Shown: positions 1-9,463 of the stretch, piece after piece | How the letters are laid out: each line of letters opens with the position of its first letter | Position numbering within the stretch: position 1 is the first letter of the stretch | NCBI RefSeq assembly: GCF_000011805.1 | Contig: NC_006841.2 | DNA: 32,000 nucleotides | Direction: 5' to 3' (one strand) | Origin: Aliivibrio fischeri ES114 | Lineage (GTDB): Bacteria > Pseudomonadota > Gammaproteobacteria > Enterobacterales > Vibrionaceae | Program-made: the position numbers and the translations under genes | Notes under the pieces: generated by a model | Told to the model about the DNA's origin: nothing | What the model saw: the letters and a program-made list of their open reading frames with translations, nothing else | Database searches by the model: none

Positions 1-134
1 GCTACGACAAATGGATGTATGACCGTTCGTACGTACTTGCATTAGCGAAGCGCGAAGCAGCCAAAATCTACAAATCTTTTGAAAAATTCCCGCCTCGTAT
101 GAAAGCCGGTAGTTTTGTACCAAAAGAAGATTAA
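1..134 (+). CDS. C-terminal fragment of a probable sulfatase (arylsulfatase-like), truncated by the window start
   Basis: Open frame from codon tac at 3 to taa at 132-134, reading YDKWMYDRSYVLALAKREAAKIYKSFEKFPPRMKAGSFVPKED*. The FPPRxKxGSF tail resembles arylsulfatase C-termini, and the next gene is a sulfatase maturase-like protein. Confidence 0.6.
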   Translation, partial: YDKWMYDRSYVLALAKREAAKIYKSFEKFPPRMKAGSFVPKED

Positions 135-155
135 TCCACTCTAATTAACAATTCA

Positions 156-183
156 TAGTGGCTCCAAATAGAGCCACTATTTT
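156..183 (+). terminator. Rho-independent terminator after the sulfatase gene
   Basis: TAGTGGCTC-CAAATA-GAGCCACTA perfect 9-bp stem followed by TTTT. Confidence 0.8.
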
Positions 184-199
184 AAAAATAAGTGATCTT

Positions 200-1495
200 A
201 TGCCACACAACTCAGTCAAACATTCAACACGTTTAGATGTTATCCCACTAAAAACTGCAGAAAAGCACCCCAACTCCCAACGTCGTTTTCATGTTATGTC
301 TAAACCTGGCGGTTCAAAATGTAATCTTGATTGCCAATATTGTTTTTATCTTCACAAAGACGAATTACTCCATCAACCAAAGCAACCAATGATGGATGAC
401 ACCACGTTAGAAGCCTTCATTAAAAGCTATATTGAGAGTCAAGATGGTCATGAAATTGTCTTTTCTTGGCAAGGAGGAGAACCCACTCTGCTGGGTTTAG
501 ACTACTTCAAAAAAATCGTTCAGTTACAAAATAAATACCGTCCAAGCGGAGTGAAAATCGAAAACGATTTGCAAACTAACGGTATTTTACTAAATGACGA
601 ATGGTGCCAATTTTTAAAAGACAATGGATTTCTTGTTGGCCTATCAATTGATGGCCCTAAAGAATTACATGATAAGTACCGTGTAACTCGAAGCGGAAAA
701 CCGACTTTTAACCTGGTTATGGCAGCCGCAAAACGCTTACAAGAACACCATGTACCTTTTAATTCCCTTGTTGTGGTAAACCGCCACAACGCTAAACATC
801 CACTAGATGTTTATCGATTCTTAACGAAAGAGCTCGGTGCAACCTATATCCAGTTTACCCCTTGCGTTGAGGCAAAGGACTTTACCACCACAGCTCCTCA
901 ATTTTGGAATGAAACCATGATACCAAACAAAGGGAGTGAATTGGCAAAACCGGGACACCCCATGTCTATTGTTACTGATTGGTCGGTTGACCCTGATGAT
1001 TGGGGGAACTTCTTAAATACAGTATTTGTTGAATGGGTAAATAACGACTTAGGGCGTGTATTGGTGAACCTATTTGAAACAGCAGTAGCTCAAGTGATGG
1101 GGAAAGAATCTCAATTATGTGTGACTGCTGAGTTCTGCGGTAAAGGTCTAGCAATGGAACACAATGGTGATGTATTCAGCTGTGATCACTACGTCTATCC
1201 AGAATATAAACTCGGAAATATTCACGACCGGGGTTTAAACGAATTTGCTTTTTCTATTCGCCAACATGGTTTCGGAATGGCAAAGCGAGACAGCCTTCCC
1301 TCTTACTGTAAATCATGCCCACATTTAAAATTATGTTGGGGAGAATGCCCTAAAAATAGATTAATTAATACTCCAAATGGTGAACCAGGATTGAATTACC
1401 TCTGCAGTGGTATTCGTGCCTTTTTTGATGAAAGCCTTCCCATGCTTACAGGGTTATCTGTATTGCTACAGCGACAAGAAAACACACAAAAATAA
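200..1495 (+). CDS. Radical SAM protein, anaerobic sulfatase-maturating enzyme (anSME) family
   Basis: Radical SAM motif CNLDCQYC, plus cysteine-rich C-terminal SPASM-like region (CGKG..VFSCDHYVYPEYKLGNI.., CKSCPHLKLCWGECPKNR). The track start at 158 (GTG) lies in the terminator hairpin; ATG at 200 is preferred. Confidence 0.88.
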   Translation: MPHNSVKHSTRLDVIPLKTAEKHPNSQRRFHVMSKPGGSKCNLDCQYCFYLHKDELLHQPKQPMMDDTTLEAFIKSYIESQDGHEIVFSWQGGEPTLLGLDYFKKIVQLQNKYRPSGVKIENDLQTNGILLNDEWCQFLKDNGFLVGLSIDGPKELHDKYRVTRSGKPTFNLVMAAAKRLQEHHVPFNSLVVVNRHNAKHPLDVYRFLTKELGATYIQFTPCVEAKDFTTTAPQFWNETMIPNKGSELAKPGHPMSIVTDWSVDPDDWGNFLNTVFVEWVNNDLGRVLVNLFETAVAQVMGKESQLCVTAEFCGKGLAMEHNGDVFSCDHYVYPEYKLGNIHDRGLNEFAFSIRQHGFGMAKRDSLPSYCKSCPHLKLCWGECPKNRLINTPNGEPGLNYLCSGIRAFFDESLPMLTGLSVLLQRQENTQK

Positions 1496-1524
1496 CAATA
1501 CATTTATATTATTTTGGAGTCATT

Positions 1525-2508
1525 ATGCATAACCCTCAAACTGCCGTCACTGAATTATTCGAGCACGTAAATCGTTCAGTTATCGGTCAACCTCATGTGG
1601 TTAAATCCCTAATAATCGGATTATTAACCAATGGTCACGTTTTACTTGAAGGGCTACCAGGTACCGCAAAAACACGTTCTATTAAAGCACTAGCCGAAGC
1701 GTTGGATGTCTCTTTTGGCCGTATTCAATTTACTCCAGACCTACTTCCTTCTGATGTAACAGGAACAGAAGTATACCAAGAAATTAGTGGCAGACCTCAG
1801 CTTCATTTTCAAGCTGGTCCTATTTTCAACAGTATTGTATTAGCAGATGAAATAAACCGTGCCCCTGCAAAAGTTCAAGCCGCACTTCTCGAAGCAATGG
1901 CTGAGGGCACAATTACCATTAGTGATAGTACTCATGACTTACCAGAACTGTTTATGGTATTAGCCACTCAAAACCCAGTGGAGCAAGAAGGTACTTATCC
2001 TCTTCCTGAAGCGCAAATGGATCGCTTCATGATGAAAGTGAATGTTGATTACCCTGACGATGCTGCAGAAAAAGAAATTATTCGCTTAGTTCGTAATGAA
2101 GAAGAACAAACAAACGAGAATAAACAAAGCAAAAAAAATGTTCATATCGACCCTAATGCCATTTTAATGGGACGAAAAGAACTCGCTACTGTTCATGTTT
2201 CCGACATTGCAGAAAACTATATTGTTGCTTTGGTTATGGCTACTCGTCATCCAGAACGCTACCCCCATACACAACTAGCAAAATGGATAGAAGTAGGCTC
2301 CAGTCCTAGAGCCTCTATCGCATTAGATAAGTGTGCTCGTGCTCATGCTTGGGTAAAAAATAGAATGCATGTTCTTCCCGATGACATTCGCGCAGTGGCC
2401 CATTCTGTATTAGGGCATCGTATCAGCCTAAGTTACGACGCATTAGCCGATGGCATAACGTCAAAGGAAGTCGTACAAGTATTATTAAATAGTGTAGTTA
2501 TTGGGTGA
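1525..2508 (+). CDS. MoxR-family AAA+ ATPase
   Basis: Walker A-like GLPGTAKT, Walker B-like IVLADEINRAPAKVQAALLEAM, ATQNPVEQEGTYPLPEAQMDRF typical of MoxR ATPases. Confidence 0.93.
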   Translation: MHNPQTAVTELFEHVNRSVIGQPHVVKSLIIGLLTNGHVLLEGLPGTAKTRSIKALAEALDVSFGRIQFTPDLLPSDVTGTEVYQEISGRPQLHFQAGPIFNSIVLADEINRAPAKVQAALLEAMAEGTITISDSTHDLPELFMVLATQNPVEQEGTYPLPEAQMDRFMMKVNVDYPDDAAEKEIIRLVRNEEEQTNENKQSKKNVHIDPNAILMGRKELATVHVSDIAENYIVALVMATRHPERYPHTQLAKWIEVGSSPRASIALDKCARAHAWVKNRMHVLPDDIRAVAHSVLGHRISLSYDALADGITSKEVVQVLLNSVVIG

Positions 2509-2515
2509 TTTTTGT

Positions 2516-3478
2516 ATGACGCACGTATCTACCCCAAAAACAGATAAAAAAACATTAGATCCTAGGATCCATTGTGACTACGCTCGTCTTGTAAAATTGA
2601 AAACCAATATCGATGGATTCTCACTTTTTCCATATTTAAAAACAAGCCGACAATTATCAGGTCGTCATCTTTCTAAGTATCGCGGAAGAGGGTTAAATTT
2701 CGAAGAATTACGCCATTACTACCTTGGCGATGATATTCGTAATTTAGACTGGAAAGTTACACTTAGAACAGGAAAACCACACGTTAGATCTTACACCGAA
2801 GAAAAAGATCATAATGTCATTTTATGTGTCGACCAACGTTCGAACTTGTTTTTTTCTTCCGTTGATATCATGAAATCTGTTGTAGCTGCTGAATTAGCAA
2901 GTTTATGCGCATGGCGTGTAATCAAAGAAAGTGACCGTGTTGGTTTTTTCTTAATAACAAATGAAAATACTGAATGGATGCCACCAAAACGCAGCCAAAA
3001 CGATATATTGCACTATCTAAAAAAAATTACGACGGCAAATCAATCATTACAAGTAAAGACTAAAGAAAAGCATTCGATTTCATTCTCGGACTCCCTTCAT
3101 TCTCTTAATCGTCGTAATTTAAAAAACAGCGTCATCATTATATTCAGCGATTGGATAAATATATCAAAAGAAGACGTTTCATTATTAAAGCACCTACAAA
3201 AATATAATGACGTATTAAGTATATTAATCAGCGATCCAATGGATTTTTCTCTCACTACAACCCCTTCATCAAAATGGGTACTCAGTAATGGCACACATCA
3301 AATCAATTTAGAAAAACGAAAAGACATTATCAAAGCTAATTGTCACCTCGAAAAAACATACCAAAACCGTTGTGAAGCATTACGTCAATTAATGGCAATA
3401 AAGCGCTTACCTTTCATGGAGGTTTCGACCGCAGGGAATCATATATCTCAATTCACGCATTTACTGAGAGCGAAATAG
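2516..3478 (+). CDS. DUF58 domain protein
   Basis: GRGLNFEELRHYYLGDDIRNLDWKVTLRTGKPHVRSYTEEKD is the DUF58 signature, and it sits directly after moxR. ATG at 2516 is preferred over the track start at 2501. Confidence 0.88.
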   Translation: MTHVSTPKTDKKTLDPRIHCDYARLVKLKTNIDGFSLFPYLKTSRQLSGRHLSKYRGRGLNFEELRHYYLGDDIRNLDWKVTLRTGKPHVRSYTEEKDHNVILCVDQRSNLFFSSVDIMKSVVAAELASLCAWRVIKESDRVGFFLITNENTEWMPPKRSQNDILHYLKKITTANQSLQVKTKEKHSISFSDSLHSLNRRNLKNSVIIIFSDWINISKEDVSLLKHLQKYNDVLSILISDPMDFSLTTTPSSKWVLSNGTHQINLEKRKDIIKANCHLEKTYQNRCEALRQLMAIKRLPFMEVSTAGNHISQFTHLLRAK

Positions 3479-3480
3479 TC

Positions 3481-4011
3481 ATGACCCATACACCACCAAC
3501 AACTTATGTTTTAAAAGGGCTGTCTGATGTCCAAGTTCCAACCTCTATCTCTTGGTTTCCTCAAACTATCGGTTGGAAAATTCTATTTGTTGCCTTTACC
3601 GCATTTTCATTATTTGTAATTTACAACGCATTTAAAAAATATAAACAAAACCGCTATCGTCGCCTTGCTATAAAAGACCTTGCTTTAATAAATTGTAATT
3701 CCCCATATAAAGCGACTTGCGAACTTTTCCACATAATGAAACGTGTTGCCGTTTATTTAGAACCATCAAATGCGTCGAAATCAGGAAAAGAACTGCTTCA
3801 GTTTTTTCTAGAAACCAAAAGCGTAGATTGCGTTCATTTCCATAAAAAACTAAGCGAGCAGGCATTCCTACAAATGTGGTTACCTGAAACCAGGTTTACG
3901 CTTATTCCTGAGCAAGTTGAAGTACTACTACACCAATTCAGATACTGGTTACTTCATCACTCACTTGAGAGCTATCACAAAAAAGAGCAGAAGGTGAATA
4001 CACATGATTAA
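3481..4011 (+). CDS. DUF4381-like small membrane protein of the MoxR/VWA operon
   Basis: Single N-terminal TM segment, operon position between DUF58 and VWA genes, 176 aa size. Confidence 0.75.
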   Translation: MTHTPPTTYVLKGLSDVQVPTSISWFPQTIGWKILFVAFTAFSLFVIYNAFKKYKQNRYRRLAIKDLALINCNSPYKATCELFHIMKRVAVYLEPSNASKSGKELLQFFLETKSVDCVHFHKKLSEQAFLQMWLPETRFTLIPEQVEVLLHQFRYWLLHHSLESYHKKEQKVNTHD

Positions 4012-5056
4012 CCTTTCTTGGTCTAGTATCGAATTTATTCATCCTATGTGGTTATGGCTACTCCCTCTACCTTTACTGGTCACTCGAATTGCCCCTTCTT
4101 ATCGAACCCAGCAATCGGCGATAAAAGTACCCTTTTTTCATATTATAGCTGAAGCATTGAATATCTCGGTATCTGATGGGGCAAGTCGTTTAACACCTAC
4201 TAAATGGCAACGGATTTTACTTTATCTCTCTTGGGGCATGATCTTAATCGCGTTAACAAAGCCAACGTTATTAGGTCCACCACAAATTCGTGAGCAATTT
4301 GGCCGTGATGTAATGGTTGTTGTAGATTTATCTGGTTCTATGGCCGAAAAAGATTTCACCTCAACTAACGGCTTAAAAATCAGTCGATTAGATGCGGTCA
4401 AAAAAGTATTGAACGATTTTGTTAAAACACGTAAAGGCGATCGCCTTGGTCTCATCTTATTTGGTGATGCTGCTTTTGTGCAAACACCATTTACAGCAGA
4501 TCACAAAGTATGGCTCGATTTACTCAATCAGACTCACGTAGAAATGGCAGGAAAAAGTACGCACCTTGGTGATGCTATTGGCCTAACAATAAAGCGCTTT
4601 GAAGACAGTAATAACTCACAACCTCTCAGCACAACCTCCCGTGAGAAAGTCGCAATTATCCTCACTGATGGCAATGATACTGACAGTTACGTACCCCCAA
4701 TGGATGCTGCAAAAGTAGCGAAAGTTAAAGGTGTACGTATACATATGATTGCTATTGGTGATCCACAAACAGTAGGAGAACAAGCCCTTGATATGGATAC
4801 TATTAATACTATTGCTGATGCATCTGGCGGTCAGGCATTTCAAGCGTTAAATCAAGATGAATTAATCAATGCTTACGCTGAAATTAGTAAATTAGAACCT
4901 CAACTTTATCAAAGTACTACCTATCGAACAAAACAAAGTATTCATCAATATCCAGTAATGCTTATGTTGCTAATCCATTTGTGCTTCTTTGGGTTTATGT
5001 CATGTAAATACGTATGGAGAAAGACGGTTAAATCCAAAGGGGAACATCATGTTTGA
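4004..5056 (+). CDS. VWA domain membrane protein (BatA-like)
   Basis: MIDAS motif VVDLSGSM, later ILTDGNDTDSY, TM segments at both ends. Overlaps the upstream ORF by 8 nt. Confidence 0.88.
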   Translation: MINLSWSSIEFIHPMWLWLLPLPLLVTRIAPSYRTQQSAIKVPFFHIIAEALNISVSDGASRLTPTKWQRILLYLSWGMILIALTKPTLLGPPQIREQFGRDVMVVVDLSGSMAEKDFTSTNGLKISRLDAVKKVLNDFVKTRKGDRLGLILFGDAAFVQTPFTADHKVWLDLLNQTHVEMAGKSTHLGDAIGLTIKRFEDSNNSQPLSTTSREKVAIILTDGNDTDSYVPPMDAAKVAKVKGVRIHMIAIGDPQTVGEQALDMDTINTIADASGGQAFQALNQDELINAYAEISKLEPQLYQSTTYRTKQSIHQYPVMLMLLIHLCFFGFMSCKYVWRKTVKSKGEHHV

Positions 5057-6824
5057 TTCATTAAGCACTCAATGGCCTTTACTAAAACAGATAGTTTCTC
5101 ACTTTCATTTTATTCGACCTTTGTGGTTATCATTATTGATACCATTCACTAGCGTCATATATATAAAATGGCGCCAAGAGACGAAAAACAGCGATAAAAA
5201 CCAACTTCCTAAACACTTGCAAAGTGTATTATTGATAGAAGAGAGCAGCTGGAAAAAGCAGTTGCCATTGAAACTATTATTTATCGTTATTTTCCTTAAT
5301 ATTTTGATTTGTGCTGGCCCTACTTGGCAAAAACAAGCCTCTCCTTTTGGAGAAGATAAAGCCCCTTTGCTCATCGTATTAGACACCAGTAATTCCATGC
5401 TTGAGAAAGACGTATTACCCAATCGGCTCATTCGTGCAAAACAGAAAATACAAGATTTAATTGCATTACGAGATGGCGGTAAAACAGGGCTTATTGTTTA
5501 CTCAGGCACCGCCCATATTGCTATGCCATTAACACAAGACTCTGCCGTTTTTAGCCCCTACCTTGCGGCTATTGAACCTGAAATTATGCCCGTTGAAGGT
5601 AAATCAGCATACAAAACATTACCACTGATCAAACAGCAATTTTCAGCGTTATCCCAAACTACTCCATCCTTAGGTGGAACCGTTATTTTAATCACTGATG
5701 GGGTTACAACACTGGATAACCGAGCATTTAAAGACTATTTCACTCATTCTACAAATCAGTTATTAATTCTTGCCGTTGGTGACAACAACAAAGCCAGTAA
5801 TTTTACTATTAACATGGACTCATTAAATAAACTGAGCCAATTAAGTCATGGACACATCACTCAAATAACCATAGATAATAACGATGTCACTTGGCTAAAT
5901 AACCAAATTGAACGCCATATGCAACTCAGCAATGATTCAGTTATGCCTTGGGAAGATATTGGCTATTACCTCCTGGTTCCTGTGATGTTGTTATTATTAT
6001 TATGGTTTAGACGAGGTTGGTTAGTTCAATGGTGCATAACATTAGTATTAATGGGTAGTCTCGGATTTTATTCGCCCGAAAGCATGGCTGAAATGGTTCA
6101 ATCTACAGTCGCACAAAATGAATTAAGCATAAATAACAAGCAAACCTTATGGGATAAAACCACCCAATGGTGGATGAACCTATGGTTAACACCAGATCAA
6201 CAAGGACAATGGTATTTTGATCGCAATGAGTACGATAAAGCAGCACAACATTATCAAGACCCTTTACATAAAGGTGTTGCATTTTATTATGCGGCACAAT
6301 ATCAGCAAGCCTACACGGCTTTCATGGCAGGGATCCCTGACTTACAAAGTGCACTAGAAGAAAAGCAGTCTGTAAACACTCAAAATGAATTAGAGCATCA
6401 AACAAATATTGATGTTTTATTATTTAATACTGCAACTACTCTTGCTAGACAGCGAGAGTATCTTGCCGCTCGTGACCTATTTCAAGCGATTGTAAAGCGC
6501 TCTCCATGCAATAAAGCAGCCCAACATAACCTAGCTCTAATACAAAATATTATTGATGAAATAAATCGCTTAAGTGAAAGCCAAGCAAATACGGGAGAAG
6601 TTGAGCAATCACAAGACCTCCCTGAAAATGAACCTCAAACCGCCGATGGTGCCAATGAGCAAGTCCTTGAATCTCAAATAATCAAACAGACTCTTTCAGC
6701 TGAGCAAATTTTAGCGGATGAAAAAGTTGCAGAAAAATGGTTACGCCGTGTTGAAGCTGATCCTAAATACTTTCTACAGAACAAATTTCATATGCAAACG
6801 CTTTCTGATAAAGGAAATAAATAA
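5049..6824 (+). CDS. VWA domain plus TPR protein (BatB/BatC-like fusion)
   Basis: MIDAS-like VLDTSNSM, LITDGVTTLDN, TM segments, then TPR-like repeats (YDKAAQHYQDPLHKGVAFYYAAQYQQAY..., AARDLFQAIVKRSPCNKAAQHNLALI). ATG at 5049 preferred. Confidence 0.85.
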   Translation: MFDSLSTQWPLLKQIVSHFHFIRPLWLSLLIPFTSVIYIKWRQETKNSDKNQLPKHLQSVLLIEESSWKKQLPLKLLFIVIFLNILICAGPTWQKQASPFGEDKAPLLIVLDTSNSMLEKDVLPNRLIRAKQKIQDLIALRDGGKTGLIVYSGTAHIAMPLTQDSAVFSPYLAAIEPEIMPVEGKSAYKTLPLIKQQFSALSQTTPSLGGTVILITDGVTTLDNRAFKDYFTHSTNQLLILAVGDNNKASNFTINMDSLNKLSQLSHGHITQITIDNNDVTWLNNQIERHMQLSNDSVMPWEDIGYYLLVPVMLLLLLWFRRGWLVQWCITLVLMGSLGFYSPESMAEMVQSTVAQNELSINNKQTLWDKTTQWWMNLWLTPDQQGQWYFDRNEYDKAAQHYQDPLHKGVAFYYAAQYQQAYTAFMAGIPDLQSALEEKQSVNTQNELEHQTNIDVLLFNTATTLARQREYLAARDLFQAIVKRSPCNKAAQHNLALIQNIIDEINRLSESQANTGEVEQSQDLPENEPQTADGANEQVLESQIIKQTLSAEQILADEKVAEKWLRRVEADPKYFLQNKFHMQTLSDKGNK

Positions 6825-8065
6825 TGCGTCAAATACCTTTCTTCCTTTTGTTATTACTTAGCACTGTCTGCTTTTCTATTTATGCTAAAGAAGCAGCCCC
6901 GACGCTACAAGACCTTGCTGACAATAATGACATAACAATCACAAGTTGGCTAAATTCAAATAAAAACAAAGCCATAACTGTAGCAATTAACCAACCTGTT
7001 ATTTTAACTATTGATATTGCAACACCTCGGTGGTTCACCGATGGAACTGTAATTGAGCACATATCTATTCCAAATATCATTGCTCAACAGCGTAATTTGC
7101 AAGCCACCAATTATAGCCTAATGAATGGAGATCAAACATGGTCACACCAACGTTGGGAGATCCCACTATTTCCACAAAAATCAGGACAATTCATCATTCC
7201 ACCAATTGGTGTAAAAGTGACCGTTTCAGTAGAAACAGGAAAAAATGTTACTGGTATTTTATCAACTCAACCACACCGTTTTTCTGCACAACGTCCAACA
7301 AGTCAGATGACGAATCCTGATGAATGGATAGTTGCTCCTACTGCTTCACTCACCCAAGAATGGCAATATTCATCTTCTAATAAAAGTAAGATAAATAAAT
7401 CAAAAAACGATAAGGCATTTCAATTAAAAATCGGAGATGCAATAACACGAACCACAACTTTAGACGTTTCTGATTCTCTCGCTATGTTGCTTCCAGCAAT
7501 AATCCCCAATAAACAAATGAGTTCATTTCAGCGTTATGTTGATCCAGTCCAACTTACAGATATCAGTAACAGAGGTAACTTCACTTCAATCAAAAAAGAA
7601 TCTGAAACCTATATCTTACAAAAAGGTGGAAAAATCACCTTACCTCAAATTTCCATTCCGTTTTGGAATACCACCACACAACAACCCGAAATATTATTCT
7701 TAGAAGGGAAAACCTTTATCGTTAAACATACATTAATATCATGGCTAACGACCTACTGGTATTACATCCTATTGACTTTAATTAGTTGCCTCATTTTTAG
7801 TTTATTAACAAAGAAAATTAGGCTCTATTATCGTACACACCCTTACCCTGATTTCTATTTATTGTGTCAATCAATCTACACTCGCACATGGCCACACATT
7901 CGACTTCATATTTATAGAAAATACGTTCAGAAAACAGAGCAATTAGAGCTGAAAAAGTACAAAACTAATAATAAAAAAGAATGGGATATTCAAAGTGAAA
8001 AACTACAAATCTCTGAAATATCGAAATTTAAAGTCATATGGCTATGGTTCAAAATTAAGAAATAA
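6824..8065 (+). CDS. BatD-like (oxygen tolerance family) protein
   Basis: N-terminal signal peptide, beta-rich ectodomain, C-terminal TM (TYWYYILLTLISCLIFSLL). Overlaps the upstream stop, as last gene of the operon. Confidence 0.75.
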   Translation: MRQIPFFLLLLLSTVCFSIYAKEAAPTLQDLADNNDITITSWLNSNKNKAITVAINQPVILTIDIATPRWFTDGTVIEHISIPNIIAQQRNLQATNYSLMNGDQTWSHQRWEIPLFPQKSGQFIIPPIGVKVTVSVETGKNVTGILSTQPHRFSAQRPTSQMTNPDEWIVAPTASLTQEWQYSSSNKSKINKSKNDKAFQLKIGDAITRTTTLDVSDSLAMLLPAIIPNKQMSSFQRYVDPVQLTDISNRGNFTSIKKESETYILQKGGKITLPQISIPFWNTTTQQPEILFLEGKTFIVKHTLISWLTTYWYYILLTLISCLIFSLLTKKIRLYYRTHPYPDFYLLCQSIYTRTWPHIRLHIYRKYVQKTEQLELKKYKTNNKKEWDIQSEKLQISEISKFKVIWLWFKIKK

Positions 8066-8287
8066 TTTAGAGAAAAATCAGGCTTTAATTCCGATTTTAC
8101 AGTAAAGATATTAAGCAAAAAAATTAAATAAAAATATTTATCAACGAAATATAAAAGCAAAAAAAACGTTGTTAAATCACCGTGTGCTATCTCTCATGAC
8201 CTAAATTTCGATCTTATTTATAACATTAATAATAGTAAGGTTTAAATGTAACTACATGTGTATTTTAATTAAAATTGAGAAAAACTC

Positions 8288-9442
8288 ATGAAAAAAATAA
8301 TAGCCAATTCTCTGATTATTGGCCTACTTAGTACCCTACTTCTAAGCGGCTGCAATAAAGAAGAAACCAAACAAGCAGTAACACCTTCACTACCTAAAGT
8401 GAAATCATTAACTCTAAATCCACAACCAATTACCCCTCATTTAGAGTTTATAGGAAGAACATCATCAGTCAGTAGTGTGGAAATCATTCCACGTGTTGGT
8501 GGTGAGTTAAAAGCGATTCATTTTAAAGATGGGGACTTTGTAAAAAAAGGAGATTTACTCTACGAAATAGATCCTAGAATTTTCCATGCAGCGGTCAACT
8601 CAGCCAAAGCCTCATTAGAAAAAGCACGTGCTACATTAAAGATGACAACGAGCAACGCAGAGCGTGCAAAACAGCTAATCAAAGATAAAAGTATTAGTGT
8701 GCAGCAATATGACACTGCCATTGCTAATTACGAATCTGCAAAAGCTGATATATCAGAAAAACAAGCGACATTAAAATCCGCTCAACTCGATTTGGAATTC
8801 TCACGTATCTATGCCCCTTTCTCCGGTCGATTAGGATTTTCTCGCTACAAAGTAGGAGAGCAAATTACAGCACTTCTTCCACCAAGTTCAACAATGAAGA
8901 ATAGCTTAGTTTCTCTAACAAAAGTGAATGTTATCAACTTTGACTTTAACGTAGATGAGAAGGTATATCGTCGCATTCGCAGTGCCATTGATGTCGTCAG
9001 AAATGAAAATAAAAAACTTAATTTAGATATTCGCTTAACACTATCTGATGGCTCTGAATACGCAAAAAATGGCAAGATCGCAGCCGTTGGCAACAAGATA
9101 GACCCATCAACAGGATCAATTCATGTCCGTGCAATTTTTGATAACACCGATTATTCATTAATGCCCGGTGAATTTGGCAAAATTAAAATCGGCTTAAAAG
9201 AGCGTACTGTTAATGGCCTATTAATACCAAAATCATCTATCCAGCAAGATCAAGCTGGTAACTATGTCATGCAACTAACTAAAAAGAATATAGTTAAACA
9301 ACAATATGTGATCCTAGGGCAAGCTTATGGAACGAATAAAGCCGTAATTTCAGGGTTAAATAGTGGTGACCGTATTGTAACGGAAGGCTTACAAAAAATC
9401 CGTCCCGGAATACAAGTTGAAGAAATCACCCCCGAAAAATAA
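8288..9442 (+). CDS. RND efflux periplasmic adaptor (membrane fusion) lipoprotein, AcrA/MexA family
   Basis: Lipobox LLLSGCNKEE; VEIIPRVGGELKAIHFKDGDFVKKGDLLYEIDPRIF; coiled-coil region; FSGRLGFSRYKVGE. Confidence 0.92.
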   Translation: MKKIIANSLIIGLLSTLLLSGCNKEETKQAVTPSLPKVKSLTLNPQPITPHLEFIGRTSSVSSVEIIPRVGGELKAIHFKDGDFVKKGDLLYEIDPRIFHAAVNSAKASLEKARATLKMTTSNAERAKQLIKDKSISVQQYDTAIANYESAKADISEKQATLKSAQLDLEFSRIYAPFSGRLGFSRYKVGEQITALLPPSSTMKNSLVSLTKVNVINFDFNVDEKVYRRIRSAIDVVRNENKKLNLDIRLTLSDGSEYAKNGKIAAVGNKIDPSTGSIHVRAIFDNTDYSLMPGEFGKIKIGLKERTVNGLLIPKSSIQQDQAGNYVMQLTKKNIVKQQYVILGQAYGTNKAVISGLNSGDRIVTEGLQKIRPGIQVEEITPEK

Positions 9443-9463
9443 TGCACAATTAGGACAGACATA

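Noticed and set aside
520-6297. Antisense ORFs 520..789, 972..1154, 3097..3294, 3668..3865, 4222..4455, 4616..4843, 5105..5431 and 6103..6297
   Set aside because: All lie within well supported + strand coding genes and have low-complexity or unrecognisable products.
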